A DNA stretch of 64,000 bases, from NCBI RefSeq assembly GCF_009914755.1, contig NC_060933.1. One strand, 5' to 3'. Position 1 is the stretch's first letter; the number at the start of each line of letters is the position of its first letter. The stretch comes from the human T2T-CHM13v2.0 reference genome, Homo sapiens. This document shows positions 41,722 through 55,439 of this stretch, one piece after another. The notes beneath the pieces were generated by a model, which made no database searches, was not told the origin of the DNA, and saw nothing but the letters and a program-made list of their open reading frames with translations. The position numbers were made by a program, and so were the translations under genes.

Positions 41722-41785
41722 AAAAGAGAAAGAAAGAAAGAGAAAGAAAGAAAGAAAAAAGGAAGAGAGAGACAAAGGAAGGAAG
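41722..41785. repeat. (GAAA)n/(GGAA)n purine tract
   Basis: aaaaagagaaagaaagaaagagaaagaaagaaagaaaaaaggaagagagagacaaaggaaggaagg. Confidence 0.85.
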
Positions 41786-41892
41786 GGTATGATGGCTCAT
41801 GCCTATAAGGTAGGAGGATCACTTGAGCCCAGGAATTCAAGACCGGTCTGGGCAACATAGTGAAATTCCTGTCTCTATAAAAAAAAAAAAAG
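41783..41892 (+). mobile_element. FLAM/Alu left monomer with internal deletion
   Basis: gatggctcatgcctataa|ggtaggaggatcacttgagcccaggaattcaagacc...ctctat + A tail. Confidence 0.8.
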
Positions 41893-42855
41893 TTATTTTT
41901 TTTAAAAGACTGATGATTGTGTGAGGGGACATAAAGAAGCTGATAAGGTAGAGGGAGAGGAAGAATAATCTGTGGGGGAGTGAGGCAGCAGGGGTTGGAG
42001 GAGGAAGCAGATTAATTGTGATGAAGTTGTAACAGAGGCCTTTTTCGATTGCATTGGGGAGATCTGGAGCTGGCCTGGCTCCTCAGAGTTGTTTGCCATT
42101 GAAGCAAGGAGCTAGAATTTGTACTCCCTCATCATGCAGTTATGAGATGTGGATTGTCTCAGGTAGGAGACATAAACTTAAGAGAGGTGGTTTTCAACTG
42201 AAGGCAAGTCCCAAAGGATTCAGATGGGAGTGGTCTGTAGCAAACTCTGTGAAACTGGGGGAATGAGTATCTTGGTCTTCAAGGGGGATCTGGCTGGTAC
42301 ACCCTTGATCTCCCTCCCTCTTCTTTTCCCTATAGACTTTGTTTGTTGACCTTGGCCCAACACTTTTCCTTCTTAGGCTGAATTATTTTTAAAGAAGATC
42401 CTTAAACCAAGGCAAGCCCCTTCACCTCAGTCCTCTTTGAGCCCTTGGATAAATGATTGCCAATGCTCATAGCTGGACCACTGCCATAAGCACAATCAAA
42501 ATATGTCTCATTTAAATCCTAGAAATAAAGGCAAGGAGCCTGTATAACACAAAGCATGTGAGACCTGAGTTCCCCTCTGCCTGTCTTAGCTCTTAGGTGA
42601 CATTGAACAATTACTCCACCCCACCACAGGCCCTGCCTCTTAAATGCAAATTCAGACTAACTAGTTTCTAAGGTCATTTTTCAGTTTTAGATTTCTCCAA
42701 CCATGTGCTCATGGAGACATAAAATAAGCAAATGGCATGATTTATGTCTTAGAGAATATTTAAGCTGCAAATGAGGCAAAATAAAGCAACTAAGAAAAAA
42801 CTAAAAACTAGAATAATGAACCATAGTTAATACACTAAAATTCCAAAATATTTGC

Positions 42856-42886
42856 CAGAGGCAATTGATACAGAGGCAATTGATAC
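42856..42886. repeat. 15-bp tandem duplication at the MER58 terminus
   Basis: cagaggcaattgata x2. Confidence 0.9.
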
Positions 42887-42889
42887 TAA

Positions 42890-43093
42890 AGCAAACCATT
42901 TTTTTCTGTAAAGGGATAAATAGCCAATATTTTCAACTTTAAAATCATACATGGTCTGTACTGCAATTAATTTTTATTGTTGTAATGTAAAAACAACATA
43001 ACATACATAAAATGTTAACGAATGAGCATGGCTGTGTTACAATAAAACTTTGTTTACAAAAACAGATGACAAGCTGTGGTTTGCCAGTCTCTT
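42890..43093 (-). mobile_element. MER58A
   Basis: gcaaac...tttttctgtaaaggg...aacgaatgagcatggctgtgttacaataaaactttgtttacaaaaacag. Confidence 0.78.
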
Positions 43094-43149
43094 CTGTAGA
43101 GTTAAAAAGAGAAAAGAAACCTTAAAGATTAATCCCTTGCAACTCAAAG

Positions 43150-43303
43150 AGCAGTTCACCGATGCTCAACATTGGCATCATTTAGGAAGGTGTTAGAAAT
43201 GGAGAGGCTCAGGCAGCACACACCAGACCAACTGAATTATAACATGCATTTCAAAAATACCACCAGGTAATTTATATATGCACAGTACAAAGTAAATAGC
43301 ACA
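43150..43303. mobile_element. MER5A-like MITE
   Basis: attggcatcatttaggaaggtgttagaaatggag...ccagaccaactgaat...tgcattt...ccaggtaattt. Confidence 0.6.
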
Positions 43304-43307
43304 AATC

Positions 43308-43420
43308 TCAACTTATTTTCTCATTTTTACAGATGAATATACTGAGGCCCAGAGTGATCAGATGACTCATCTGAGGTCACACAGCTAGTTTCAGATCAAA
43401 TTGAGATTAGAGATCTGATT
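43308..43420 (-). mobile_element. MIR
   Basis: ctcatttttacagatgaatatactgaggcccagag...gaggtcacacagctagt. Confidence 0.75.
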
Positions 43421-43484
43421 TGTTTCTTCATTCTACAAATATTTATTATCTCCTACATGTCAGGCAAAACTACCCACTTTCGTG

Positions 43485-44102
43485 TGTAAATTATTTCAAC
43501 CATTGTGGAAAGCAATGTGGTGATTCCTCAAAGAGCTAAAAATAGAACTACCACTTGACCCAGCAATCCCATTACTGGATATATGCCCAAAGGAATATAA
43601 ATCATTCTATCATGAAGACATATGCAAACATATATTCACTGTGGCACTATTCACAATAGCAAAGACATGGAATCAACCTACATGCCCATCAATGGCAGAT
43701 TGGATAAAGAAAATGTGGTACATTTACACCATGAAATACTATTCAGCCATAAAAAAGAATGAGTTCTTGTCATTTGCCAGAACATTGATGGAGCTGGAGG
43801 CCCTTATTCTTAGCAAACTGATGCTGGAACAAAAACACAAATACTGCATGCTCTCACTTATAAGTGGGGCCTGAATGATGAGAACCCATGGACACAAAGA
43901 GGGGAAAAACAGACACTGGGGCCTATTTATGGTAGAGGGTGAGAGGAGGAACCAGATAAAAAAAAAATAACTATTGGGTACGAGGCTTAGTACCTGGCCA
44001 ATGAAATAATCTGCACAACAAACTCCCGTGTTGTGAGTTTACCTATATAACAAACCTGTACATGTGTCCCTGAACCTAAGATAAAAGTTAAAGAAAAAAA
44101 AA
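43485..44102 (+). mobile_element. 5'-truncated L1PA15/16-like element inserted in an L2 fossil
   Basis: ORF 43641 ALFTIAKTWNQPTCPSMADWIKKMWYIYTMKYY; 3' UTR ataactattgggtac...aacctaagataaaagtt; TSD aaaactacccactttcgtg / aaaactacccaccttcatg. Confidence 0.9.
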
Positions 44103-44529
44103 AAAACTACCCACCTTCATGAAACTTGTGTTCCTTTAAGAGGGAAACAGAATTAAAAAATTGGCAAATTAAAAATTAATAAATGTTTTTGGGGAATAAT
44201 AAATCAAGGATAGAGAATAGGGAATATAGGGAGGTGCACACTACAATTTTATACAAATTGGCCAAGGGAGACCTCATTGAGAAGGCGAGGTTAGCAGACA
44301 AAGGAGTACATAAGCATGTTGAACTTCCTGTCTTATGAAAGTGATATGAATATTGATGTAATAAATCAATTAGAAAAGTAAATATGAGTTTGAGTCTTAG
44401 TCTACAGGGAGCAAACATGAGAACAAAAACAGAACGCATAATTTTTACACAAGCCAAAGGAAACTCAGTCTATCCAATGGGCATTAAGAATTGGGGTGGG
44501 AAAGAGAATAAAACTGAAGGAACGAATAA

Positions 44530-45235
44530 TAAATAGATGTGGAAAATGTAAAAAATCTCAGATTGCATAAATTATACAATTCAACAATACGTGTCTCAGG
44601 AAACATGCTTAAAACCAAGACAAAAGGAATATTTGTGGCTAAAAGAGAGAATAAAAATATATTGGTGTGGGAATCATAATATCTGATAATATATAACTAA
44701 GGTAAACAATGTATTAAGAGCGAAAAAAACCCTTTGTATATTGATAAAAGAAATCACGTTGATAGTAAATTCTGTGCCCTCAAAAATAAAGCCTAGAAGT
44801 ATAATTAAAATAACCGACAGTACTCTAGAGAAAAATAGCTATATCAAACACATCCTTCTTAAAAACAGATTACAGAAACAGACAAAAATAGATATCAAAT
44901 ACTTGAACAATTTGAGGTTTAAACTGTATCAAAGGTTTAAGCTATCTTAAACCTATATTATTGCACATATATTTTGTGCATATGTGTCATCTAACTCCAT
45001 AATTCGTAAACAGAAAATGTACAATCTTGGGAAATTTTATAAAATTTGACTGTTAAGCCATAAGTGAATGTACAACCAATCTAAAATCATTGATATTATT
45101 CAGATTATTTTACATAATGTAGTAAAGTTGGAAAACAAAATGGAAACCAATCTTTATTTGTAAGCTAAGTAAAAAGTAGTAAATAACCATTGTGTTGAAG
45201 AAATAAACATATAATACTTAGAAAAGAATGATAAT
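44530..45235 (+). mobile_element. Highly diverged L1 ORF2 (EN region) fragment
   Basis: A-rich; ctcagattgcataaa...tgtctcaggaaacatgcttaaa...ataataatatctgataa-like L1 EN pattern. Confidence 0.45.
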
Positions 45236-45238
45236 GGG

Positions 45239-45790
45239 TGGGGTAGGCAGAGATCTATAATGGCCCCTAAGATTCCTACCCCTGGTGTACACTGACCTTC
45301 TTCCAGTTAGTCCATCAAAGACAAATCTAGTTGGGGCTGTGAAGGGAATTGCAGATGTAATTAAGAGTTTAAATTATCTGACTTGGAGGTAGACAGATGA
45401 TTCTTGGTAGGGCTAATCCAGTGTGGCCTTAATGGAAACTGGGCTCTTCTTGGTGAAAGAGATTTAAACAACAAGAAGGAATATATGCAAGGGCTTTTTG
45501 TTGTTGTTGCTGACTGTGAAGATGGAGAGGGCCAAGAGGAAAACAACGTGAGTGGTCTCTGGACGCTGAAATTAACCACTGGTTAAGAGCCAGCCAGGAA
45601 ATGGGCACCTCAGGCCTACAACCACAAGGAACTGAATTTGCCACAACCATGAGAATTTGGAGATGATCCAGAGCTCCCAATGAGAACGCACCCTGGCTAA
45701 TACCTTATTTTAGACTAGCCAGATCCTGAGCAGAGAATCTAGCCCACTGTACCTCAAATTCTGCCCTAGAGAACTGTGAGATATTAAAGG
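45239..45790 (+). mobile_element. MLT1E-like MaLR LTR (3' truncated)
   Basis: ggtaggcagagatctataatggcccctaagattcc...gccagccaggaaatgggcacctcag...ccacaaggaactgaat...gaactgtgagata. Confidence 0.8.
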
Positions 45791-45855
45791 AGCCTAGAGT
45801 CTTTTATATTGAGAGATTTGGGAGAATTTTACCCATAAATTTATTTCTCTCTCTC

Positions 45856-46163
<308 letters not shown>

Positions 46164-46899
46164 ATTTCTTAAATATATATGAAATGATTCAGGTTATCTA
46201 TTTTTTTAAATGAAATTTTCTAATTTGTATTTTTGTCCTCTATTTTTTTTGACAGATTAATGATAGCTATTTTCAAGTGCGTGTTTTATAACTCCATTGT
46301 CTGACTACCCTATGTGTCTGTTTTATTTCCTGATTTTTTTTCCTTTGATTTTAGTTACTTCTTTTTGTATGTCTGGTTGTTGTTCTTTAAATTTGCTTAT
46401 TTATTATTGATTGGTTGATTGATTTATGTCTCCAGAATACCCTATTTTTGTTTAATCAGGATGCTGAAGCTTGCATATGAAAAACCTCAGAAATCATTTG
46501 GGGCTCAGGATGATGTTTTCTTCCTCTAATGAGGTTTCACTTTATTTCTGACTGGCAGTTATTCTAGGGACGCTAAGAATCTCAGGTCATCTAAATCCCA
46601 AAGGGTTTAAAATTATTTGAACCTAGACTTTGTTTCCTGTTTGGCCTGGTCTGTTTCTGGTTCAATGTTACCCTCAGAACCTCCCAAAGGCATGAGTTTT
46701 TACAAGGACCCTCTGCCTAGGCAGGACCTGAGCTTCATTTTGGGCTCAGACGTATGAGTCTATTGGAAGCTGTGCTTGCCTTCTCCACCTTACAGCCACT
46801 GCTTTTAGAAGTGGCAATCATCTTGAGAGAAGCTGCCCCAAATGCTTATTGCTGTGCTGTTATCAAGCCATAGAGTAATATTCCATAATATTGATTCAC

Positions 46900-47700
46900 C
46901 ATCACTTAATATTAACATCTTGAAGAAAATTGAGGTTACTTGTAACTTTTCAAATATGCAGAAATCATATATCTTTCAGAGGGAGTTTTTTCTTAGACAT
47001 TTGACAGTTTTGTTTTACTATCTCACAGTATGCAGTGTTGTCAAGGAGAAGCCTGATGTGAAAATGCTTCTTTCTGTTTTGTAGGGAAGCTACGAAAGTG
47101 ATTTCCTTCTAGAATATTTTAGGAGTGGTATTCTTTTTAGTCTTTGCTTGTAGAAGAATCACACCTTGGTATATTTAGCTATGACATTTTACTCATTCTC
47201 CAGGTTGGTAAGTTTGGGTCTTTTCAATATATTTCTTCTGCTCTGTAAACATTTTCTATTTCATTGATTATGTGTTTTTCTCTATTCTCTAGGTTTCCTT
47301 TTCCTGATGCTCCTATTAAATGGATTTTGGGTATACTGGATCTATTCTCTGCAACTATTTATTTCATTGTACTTTCCATTTTTTTTTTTCCTTTCACACT
47401 GTTCTGTGAAATTATTTGCATGATCATCTAGCTCATTAATTTACTCTTCGGCCTAGTTCATTTTGTCATTCAACTCACCTTTTGAATGTATAGTATTTTT
47501 ATTTCCAAAATCTTCATATTTTGTCATAAAATGCTTTTATACATATGATAAACATATTCACATAATTTCATTAGAATTTAGTCTACTTGCTCCATTAAAT
47601 ATTTTTTCACATTAGTTTTGTACTTTTTGAATGAGGTTTCTTTCTTTTGTGGTTTTGGTTTTCCTCAGCTATTTGTTGATTCTTAGATATAATTCAAGCT
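46900..47700 (-). mobile_element. Ancient L1/HAL1 ORF1-region fragment
   Basis: gagaagcctgatg...ctcctattaaatggattttgggtatactggatctattctct; T-rich antisense L1 pattern. Confidence 0.4.
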
Positions 47701-48081
47701 TTAAACCATATTTATTTTAAAGTTCCAGACAGTTGAAATGCTGTTGATGCATGCACATGTTTATCACAGCACTATTACCTGTTTGTGGTTGCATGTTGTG
47801 ATTGCAGAACCTGGTCTTTGGAGAGATAGAAATACTGTGGAATATAGTATGCTGCAGCCTGCTTTGCAATTTTGAAGGTACCCTCTCCATCTCTCACTGG
47901 ATCTTTATATATCCGGAATTCTCTGGCTTTATTGCTCCATTCACTGACACATCTGGGAGGAAACTTAGTTACTTTGTCCTCTCAAAACATTTGTACAAAG
48001 AAAGTAATAGCTCCAGTTGATAACTACCTAAGGACTCATAATCATTACCTGTATCCTTTGGCTTTGAATATTCCCCTAAAA

Positions 48082-48435
48082 CAGCGGTCCCCCAGTTTCG
48101 TGGAAGGCAATTTTTCCACAGACCAGGGTGCTGGTGGCGGAGGGGGCGGGTTGGGGATTAGATAGTTTTGGGATGAAACTGTTCCACCTCAGATCATCAG
48201 GCATTAGGTTCTCATAAGGAGTGCCACCTAGATCCCTTGCATGCACAGTTCACAATAATGTTCCCGCTCCTGTGAGAATCTAATGACACTGATGATCTGA
48301 CGGGAGGCAGAGCTCAGGCAGTAATGCCAGCGACGGGGAGCAGCTGTAAATACAGATGCAGCGTTGCTGTGCGGCCCAGTGCCTAACAGGCCGGGGACCT
48401 GTACCAGTCCGCAGTCCATGGGTTGGGGACCCCTG
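48082..48435 (+). mobile_element. MER1B-like hAT-Charlie MITE
   Basis: TIRs cagcggtcccc...ggggacccctg; gatgaaactgttccacctcagatcatcaggcattag; 8-bp TSD ccctaaaa / ccccaaac. Confidence 0.88.
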
Positions 48436-49458
48436 CCCCAAACCACTCTGATTTCAGTACCATTTCTTTACTTTGTATATTTTCATTACAATTTGATGTA
48501 GCCTTCGGTTCCTATTTCATTCCTATCAGCTTTCTATTCTTCAGAAATTCATCAAACTTTTGCATTTATCAGAGACAATGTTTTTTATTTTCCAGTAACA
48601 TTATAAAATCTTTTAAAACAGTTTGTTTCATTTCTAAGGATTTTAGACTGGGGTGAAAGTGGTTGCTTATGCTCAGTCCACACCATAGTTTTTCAATGAA
48701 AATCGTAATGTTGCAGCAGCACAAATTGTAGAGAAGAAAGGCTCAGGAGAAGTTTACGCAGAACACATAATGATGGTGCATGTCTACTGTGGGGTAAAAG
48801 GATGAGGATACGAGGGTAAGCATGAAATTTCCAGAGACTGACTTTTATTCCAAGTTGAGTATGATTAAATATTTTGTCCTTGGTTAGCCAAAACAGAGAG
48901 AGAGCAGTATAGTAAAGACTGAGCTAGAACTCAAATCAGATAAATGCTTCAGAATGAGTCAGGGCACATCTCACACAAATCCTCTTTCAAAAACACAGGA
49001 CACAGGTGAGTATTTGATGACAGAAAGAAGTCTGAAGGTAAAAACCATGTTGAAGTGCAGGATTGGGTTGATTTCAGTATAGTGTTTATTGACAGTGATT
49101 GACATTTCATTGCAGCCATCACTGAAAGAGACTGTAATTACCTCTGAACTAAAGTACAGACCAGTGATTTTTCTATGGCATGTAAATAATAATGATCATT
49201 ATATTTCTTGAACTCTCCCAACATATAATAATAAAATAAAATTTTAACACATTTAAAATCAGGCATTTTTTAAATTATATGCTATTTATAAAAGCCTATT
49301 ACTAAAGATGCACACAGAGGCATTGCACAATGTGGAGGCAACACATTGAGGTCAACTCAACCACCTCTATGCATTTAAATTTGAAACTGAATATTAAGAG
49401 TAGTAGACTGTAGGTGGAGGGATCTGGAAACTTGTTAGGCTGACATCACTAGCATTTT

Positions 49459-49906
49459 ATTTTATTTTTATTTATCTTTAGAATCAGGGGGTATATGTGC
49501 AGGTTTGTTGCTTGGTGCTGAGGTTTAGGTTTCTATTGGACCCATCACCCAGATAGTGAACATAATACCCAAGAGGTAGTTTTTCAACTCTTGTTTCCCT
49601 CCCTTTCTCCCAGCTTTTGGAGTCCCCAGTGTCTATTGTTCCAATCTGTATGTCCATCTATACCTAATATTTAGCTCCCATTTATAAGTGAGAACATGCA
49701 GCATTTGGTTTTCTGTTTCTGTGTTAAATTTAACCAAGATTAAGATAATGGCCACCAACTGTAGCCACATTACTGCAAAGGACATAATTTCACTCTTTCT
49801 TATGGCTGCAAGTATTCCATGGTGTATACATACCACCACTGATGGGCACCTAGGTTGATGCCATGTCTTTGCTATTATGAATAGTGCTATGATAAACATG
49901 TGCGTG
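49459..49906 (-). mobile_element. L1PB-like 3' end
   Basis: ORF 49633 MFIIALFIIAKTWHQPRCPS; tcagggggtatatgtgcaggtttgtt; TSD catcactagcatttt (49444) / catcaccaggatttt (49907). Confidence 0.85.
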
Positions 49907-50025
49907 CATCACCAGGATTTTAAATGTCTGGAACTTTAAAATAAATACAGTTTAAGGCTTGAATTATATCTTTCTTGATCACCAAACATGACTGCATGTT
50001 AGAATAATTTAAAAAAATCTCTGGG

Positions 50026-50389
50026 TGATATGGTTTGGCTGTGTCCTCACCCAAATCTCATCTTGAAGTTCAGCTCCCACAATTCCCACATGTTGTGGGA
50101 GGCACCTGGTGGGAAGTAACTGAATCATGGGGGCAGGTCTTTCTCATGCTTTTCTCATGATAGTGAGTAAGTCTCATGAAATCTGATGGTTTTACAAGGG
50201 GGAGTTCCCCTACACAAGTTCTTGCCTGCCACTATCCATCTTAAGATGTGACTTTGCTCCTCCTTGCCTTCCACCATGATTTTGAGGCCTCCCCAGGCAT
50301 ATGTAACTGTGAGTCCATTAAACCTCTTCTTTATTAATTACCCAGTCTCGGGTATGTCTTTAACAGCAGCTTGAAAATGGACTAATACA
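50026..50389 (+). mobile_element. THE1B-like solo LTR
   Basis: tgatatggtttggctgtgtcc...gagtccattaaacctc...ggactaataca; perfect 5-bp TSD CTGGG (50021-25 / 50390-94); sits inside a MER5-like fossil (~49975-50500). Confidence 0.93.
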
Positions 50390-51254
50390 CTGGGTTTTAC
50401 TCAGATTTTGTTTCAGTTGGTTTTTAGGGTGCCTTGGGAATTAACAGTGTTAAAAATATCCTAGATTATATACGACATGCAGCAAAGTAGTAGAATCACT
50501 GATTTAGAAAACCGAATTCTTCATAGCTCTTTCACTGTACAAATATGCACCTTATATATTTACATGTTCTCTCTCTCTCTCTTTTTTTTTTTTTTTTTTT
50601 ACTAAAAGGTCTAGAATTTCTCTCAAAATGCTCCCAGATCTCAATTTTAGGTAAACATGGGCATAAAAATGAACTCTAGCAGGAAATCAACCTATCTCCA
50701 TAGAACCTAAGTGGCTTTTTTCCTTCCAACAAATGTTAGAAACACCACCCAACACAGAAAAAAAGGAAAAAAAGAATAACTTTCATTGTCAAAAACAGGA
50801 AACATCTGAACTTTAACAAATCCTTTGATGAAAATTTGCAAAACTAACTCATTCTAAAAGACAACGTAAAAGAAACCCCCAATTTTCCACACATGATCAT
50901 CGACAGAATTCATTGCTATTCTCTAACTAGGCACTATGAATCACCTACGAACTTTCATAGCATGATTTATATTTATTACTGGAGTATCCAAATTTGTCTT
51001 CAGTCTTGATATTCATTTTCCATTCATTTTTAAACTTGAAACAGACCAGAAGCATCTCACATTTTTTTTTAAACCAAGTGAATGAATGCCAATATGGAAA
51101 AATACGTGTCTTTAAATGCTGTGGTCTCATAAAATCTGTAACAAAAAAGCCCTAGCTGCTCAATTTCACCACTTAACTCCTGTGATTAAAATCTTTCAAA
51201 GGCTTCTTATTTTTCTTAGGATAAAATACAAAATAGAATATACTAGTTATTTTC

Positions 51255-51658
51255 TGCTCACCAATCTTCCTCCCCTTCCTTTCTCTGCTCTGCTCTATGT
51301 TCAAAGAAAGGCACTGGCCGGGAGACACTGGCAGGGTGGAAGGAGAGAGTTGAGAGGTGTTTCTGTCTTGCTGCCTCTCTGTTTCTGTGTTGCTTCTCTG
51401 CCAGCAAGGTGGGCAGCCTTCCCTCTACAGGTCCTGCTATCACTGTACTCTAATAGCCCTATTCCCCTCTCCTTCCTCCTAGGGGCGAGGGTAGGAGGTG
51501 ATGACAGCTCCCTGATGTTGTGATTCTCTAGGTGCCTGGGTTCCAACCCTTGTTTGCCCCCTAAATACTGCCTACTCATGTGTAAGTATCACTTTTATTA
51601 AAGTATCTTTATGAAACCATTTGAGTGATTTCTGTTTCTTCCTAGGACCTTGACCAAG
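51255..51658 (+). mobile_element. LTR33-like ERVL LTR
   Basis: tctgctctgctctatg...agggtaggaggtgatgacagctccctgatgttg...tttattaaagt...tgtttcttcctaggaccttgac. Confidence 0.6.
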
Positions 51659-52139
51659 AGGCTGAGGTTGTGAAGCCCTTTATGAGCTAACTTCCCACCT
51701 GCCCTGCCCACATTTCACCTACATTCCAGCCATGATTTCTCCCACTCAAGGTCTTGTGCTGCTGCCTTTGCTTAGACTGCTCTTCCTTACACTACTACCT
51801 GGCTAAGTAAGAGTCTCCATGTATTTGAAATGATTTGTAGATCAGTACCAAGAAGTTACCAGCAAATGTTTGACAACTAGTAAATACTTTGTGGTTGAGG
51901 ATAGTACTCATGCAAATGCTTCATCATCAATTTAGTCCAGAGAAAGAGCTATTGACAATTCAGATGAATTTCCTTCTTTATAAAATTTTTTTCACTCTTT
52001 GGTTTATTGGACATACTTATAGCTTATCAGACATACTCACAAAAATTATTTTAACCTGGTGGAAGATCAGTTAAGTCTGACCACAAGACTTTTCTAGAAT
52101 GTACTAGATAAATTTCATTCTTTTGAAATTTTATAGGAA

Positions 52140-52434
52140 GGTCAGGGATGGTGGCTTCGATCTCAGCATTTCGGGACGCTGAGGCAGGGAGATCACTTGA
52201 GGCTTGGTGTTTGAGACAAAGCCAGGCAATATAGCAACACTCCGTCTCTACAAAAAGATTTTTTAAAAATTAGCCAGGCGTGGTAGCACAGGCATGTAGT
52301 CCCAGCTACTCAGGAAGCTGAGGCAGGAAGCTCACTTGAGCCCAGGAGTTCGAGGCTCCATTGAGCTATGATCGTGCCACTGCACTCCAGCCTCAGTGAC
52401 AGAGTGATACTGTGTCAAAAAAAAAAAAAAAAAA
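52140..52434 (+). mobile_element. AluJ
   Basis: J-type right arm cttgagcccaggagttcgaggct...gagctatgatcgtgcc; TSD tgaaattttataggaa / tgaaatcttataagaa. Confidence 0.9.
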
Positions 52435-52788
52435 GAATGAAATCTTATAAGAAATACAGAAGAGGCTTAAGGAGAAGAATGTAAGTTTGTTCCTGTATGA
52501 TATTGTTCAGTATATACAAGTAAAGTGAGAAAATGAGAAGTAAAAGAAATTGAATGATCTAGTGTATTAATTGTTGTTATGAGTTGGCTTTAACCTGCTT
52601 GGGTCTGAAGAAAACCTTATGGATCAGGAACAGAAATTATTTAAACTATTGATGATAATCATATACTAGGATATCACCAGCTGTAACTTTTTAACTTGGC
52701 GACACTTCAATTTGATCTCAGTGAGCATTATGAGTGTTTGTGAAGGTCACTTCTACTGACCTCATGTTTGGAGTAAAAGCCCTGTCTG

Positions 52789-53093
<305 letters not shown>

Positions 53094-53761
53094 AAGTCCT
53101 GTCTTTTTTTTATGTTTGCATAGAATGTCATATCTTTCTAAGCTCCTTCACACGTCTTGTTTCTTCTTGACCCAGTGAGGTAAATAGAAGCTCAGAATGT
53201 TAAATACTTTGGTGCAGGCCACAGAGATGGAAGCGGGTAGAGTTTTCAAATCACCTCCTGGTCTTCTGTCATAAAGTCTGGTCTTTCTTCCACTGCTTCA
53301 TGTTGCTGCTGCATATATCCCTGATTATAAAAAAATGGACAGTCATCTTTCCCTGTGCTTCTGAAAGGAGACGGATTTAAAAAGGTTAAGGACAATGATC
53401 ATTATAGTTCAGCCAATGCTAAGAAAGATGTCTTTTTTTAAAAGTGGCAATCATTAATATCTGGCAAATAGAAGATATTCTATAAATATTAGTTGCTCTC
53501 CGTCATGAAAAGAACTCTGAAAAAAATGTTCCTCTGGAAATAAATTAATAACTGGGATCATTGTGTCTTGGCAAAAGTTTGTCACTGGTGTATGAACAAG
53601 GAGCAAAAGTTGCCCCTGTCCCAGAATAGACTTCAGCTACGCCTGCCCATGGATATGATGTATTTCCTGAATTAGAACTTAAAGAAATTTGATCATTAAT
53701 TTTAAGGTCATTGATTTAAAGAGAATCTGGCCACAGATTATCTGCTTAATGAAGGCCATTA

Positions 53762-54069
<308 letters not shown>

Positions 54070-54614
54070 AATGAAGGCCATCAAGTGCATTACGAACACA
54101 ATTTAACACAGCAAATATATCTGTATGTCATTGCAGCAATCAGCTCCCCATGTGGTCTGCAGAAAACCGGGTCAGAGCAGGACACAGGTGGTTGGGTCCT
54201 TTGCCTATGGCTGATTTGGTGGCCAATTCAATAAATTGATTGAATCTCCTTTGTATAGAAATATCACCTCCCATTTCAAGAGCAATCATTAGCAATAACA
54301 GAATAAGATTAGCAGGTCTTGGCTAGGCCCTTTTTGTACCTGGGTAAACTGATGTACTCATGAGGCAAATGGATGAGTGAGGGGTACCTTTTTTACTGGA
54401 TCATGGCTCAAAGGTGGTCCTCCAATTTAGCCCCTTACTTTTATGGTGGGATCAGGTGCTGTGTTTAAAACTCAGCAACTAGTGGTTCAATGAGAAAAGA
54501 ATATTTTAAGTGTAGGATGGTGAATTTCCCCAGTTCTCCACCTTCAGCCAATTGAGACATTTAGTTCATTCAGTTTCTTGAAGAATTGGAGGAAAAGAAT
54601 AAAGAGGATGGGGA

Positions 54615-55175
54615 AGAGGGAAAATCCTCTTGGATAAAAAAGCCAATCATCAGGTGACATCTCTGGCACTAATGTTTAGTAACTGATAATTGCTGTAACT
54701 AGGGCCATTGAGCTTTGCAAATATTATCTAGTAAATTTTAATTATCACCCGGGGGATTGAAGAGTTTCGGAATAAGCTCTTGGGAGAAGATTCCCCCGCT
54801 AGTGGTGATGTGTGCTGAGTTATTTTAGATCAGCTGGCCTGTCAGAGCGGATCAGTGTCACTGCACCACTTATCTGGAGGAAAATGCACCTGCTTCTACA
54901 TGGAAATAAGGTGCATTATCTGCCAATTTGTGCTGCTTATTTCTACTGCTCCCCAGGTTTGACGAGTGGGGAATGCAAGGGCTAAATCGGGAGGCTGTGG
55001 AGAAGAAAGGAAGGAGAGTTTTGCTGTCCTTCCAGGACACACACTGTTCCAGGCTCCGGGTGGCTCCCTCTTCTGATTTTGGTTGGGTTTGAGACCTCTC
55101 TTGGAGCTGTATCAAAATGAGAGGCATTTTGCTGTGAAAACTGATGATGCTCTTTTGCAATAAGATTATCAGTTT
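54615..55175. promoter_or_regulatory. Candidate GATA-cluster enhancer
   Basis: WGATAA at 54684, 54724, 54742, 54870, 54916, 55166; AGCCAATCA at 54641; CAGGTG, CAGCTG, CACCTG E-boxes; ~7 CpGs. Confidence 0.4.
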
Positions 55176-55439
55176 CTTATTTTTTTTTGTATGGAGAATT
55201 TTTGACTAATCCAAAGAATAGGGTGACCAATTAGTTATGGTGGGACACTGATCTCTGACAATAAATCTATTAAAGCCTAAATGAAAACATTGACTGGAAA
55301 TGTTTAGAAACAAATAATATGTACAATTATAAAATGTACAATTCATTGATGTTTTTAATTGCACAGTACAGGAAACACCTCCTCATTGTTAAAGAGTCAA
55401 TGAATGTAGAAGTACTTAGCTAATAGTTATAAACAAACA

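Larger units (their letters stand above)
41620..42305 (-). mobile_element. LTR16-like ERVL LTR interrupted by (GAAA)n and an Alu monomer
   Basis: gagatttgtatgcaggatatgtactgagag...gggagtgaggcagcagg...ggagatctggagctgg...ctcagagttgt...ctgggggaatgagt. Confidence 0.6.

Noticed and set aside
48126-48156. G-quadruplex / GC box
   Set aside because: Lies in the G-rich segment of MER1B and needs a 13-nt loop; no independent support.
48888-49011. Exon ending at the perfect donor CAG|GTGAGT (49005)
   Set aside because: The upstream acceptor is weak, and isolated consensus donors are common (also ~12459, ~13668).
51116-51523. Longest ORF (135 aa)
   Set aside because: Runs across L2 and LTR33-like repeat remnants.
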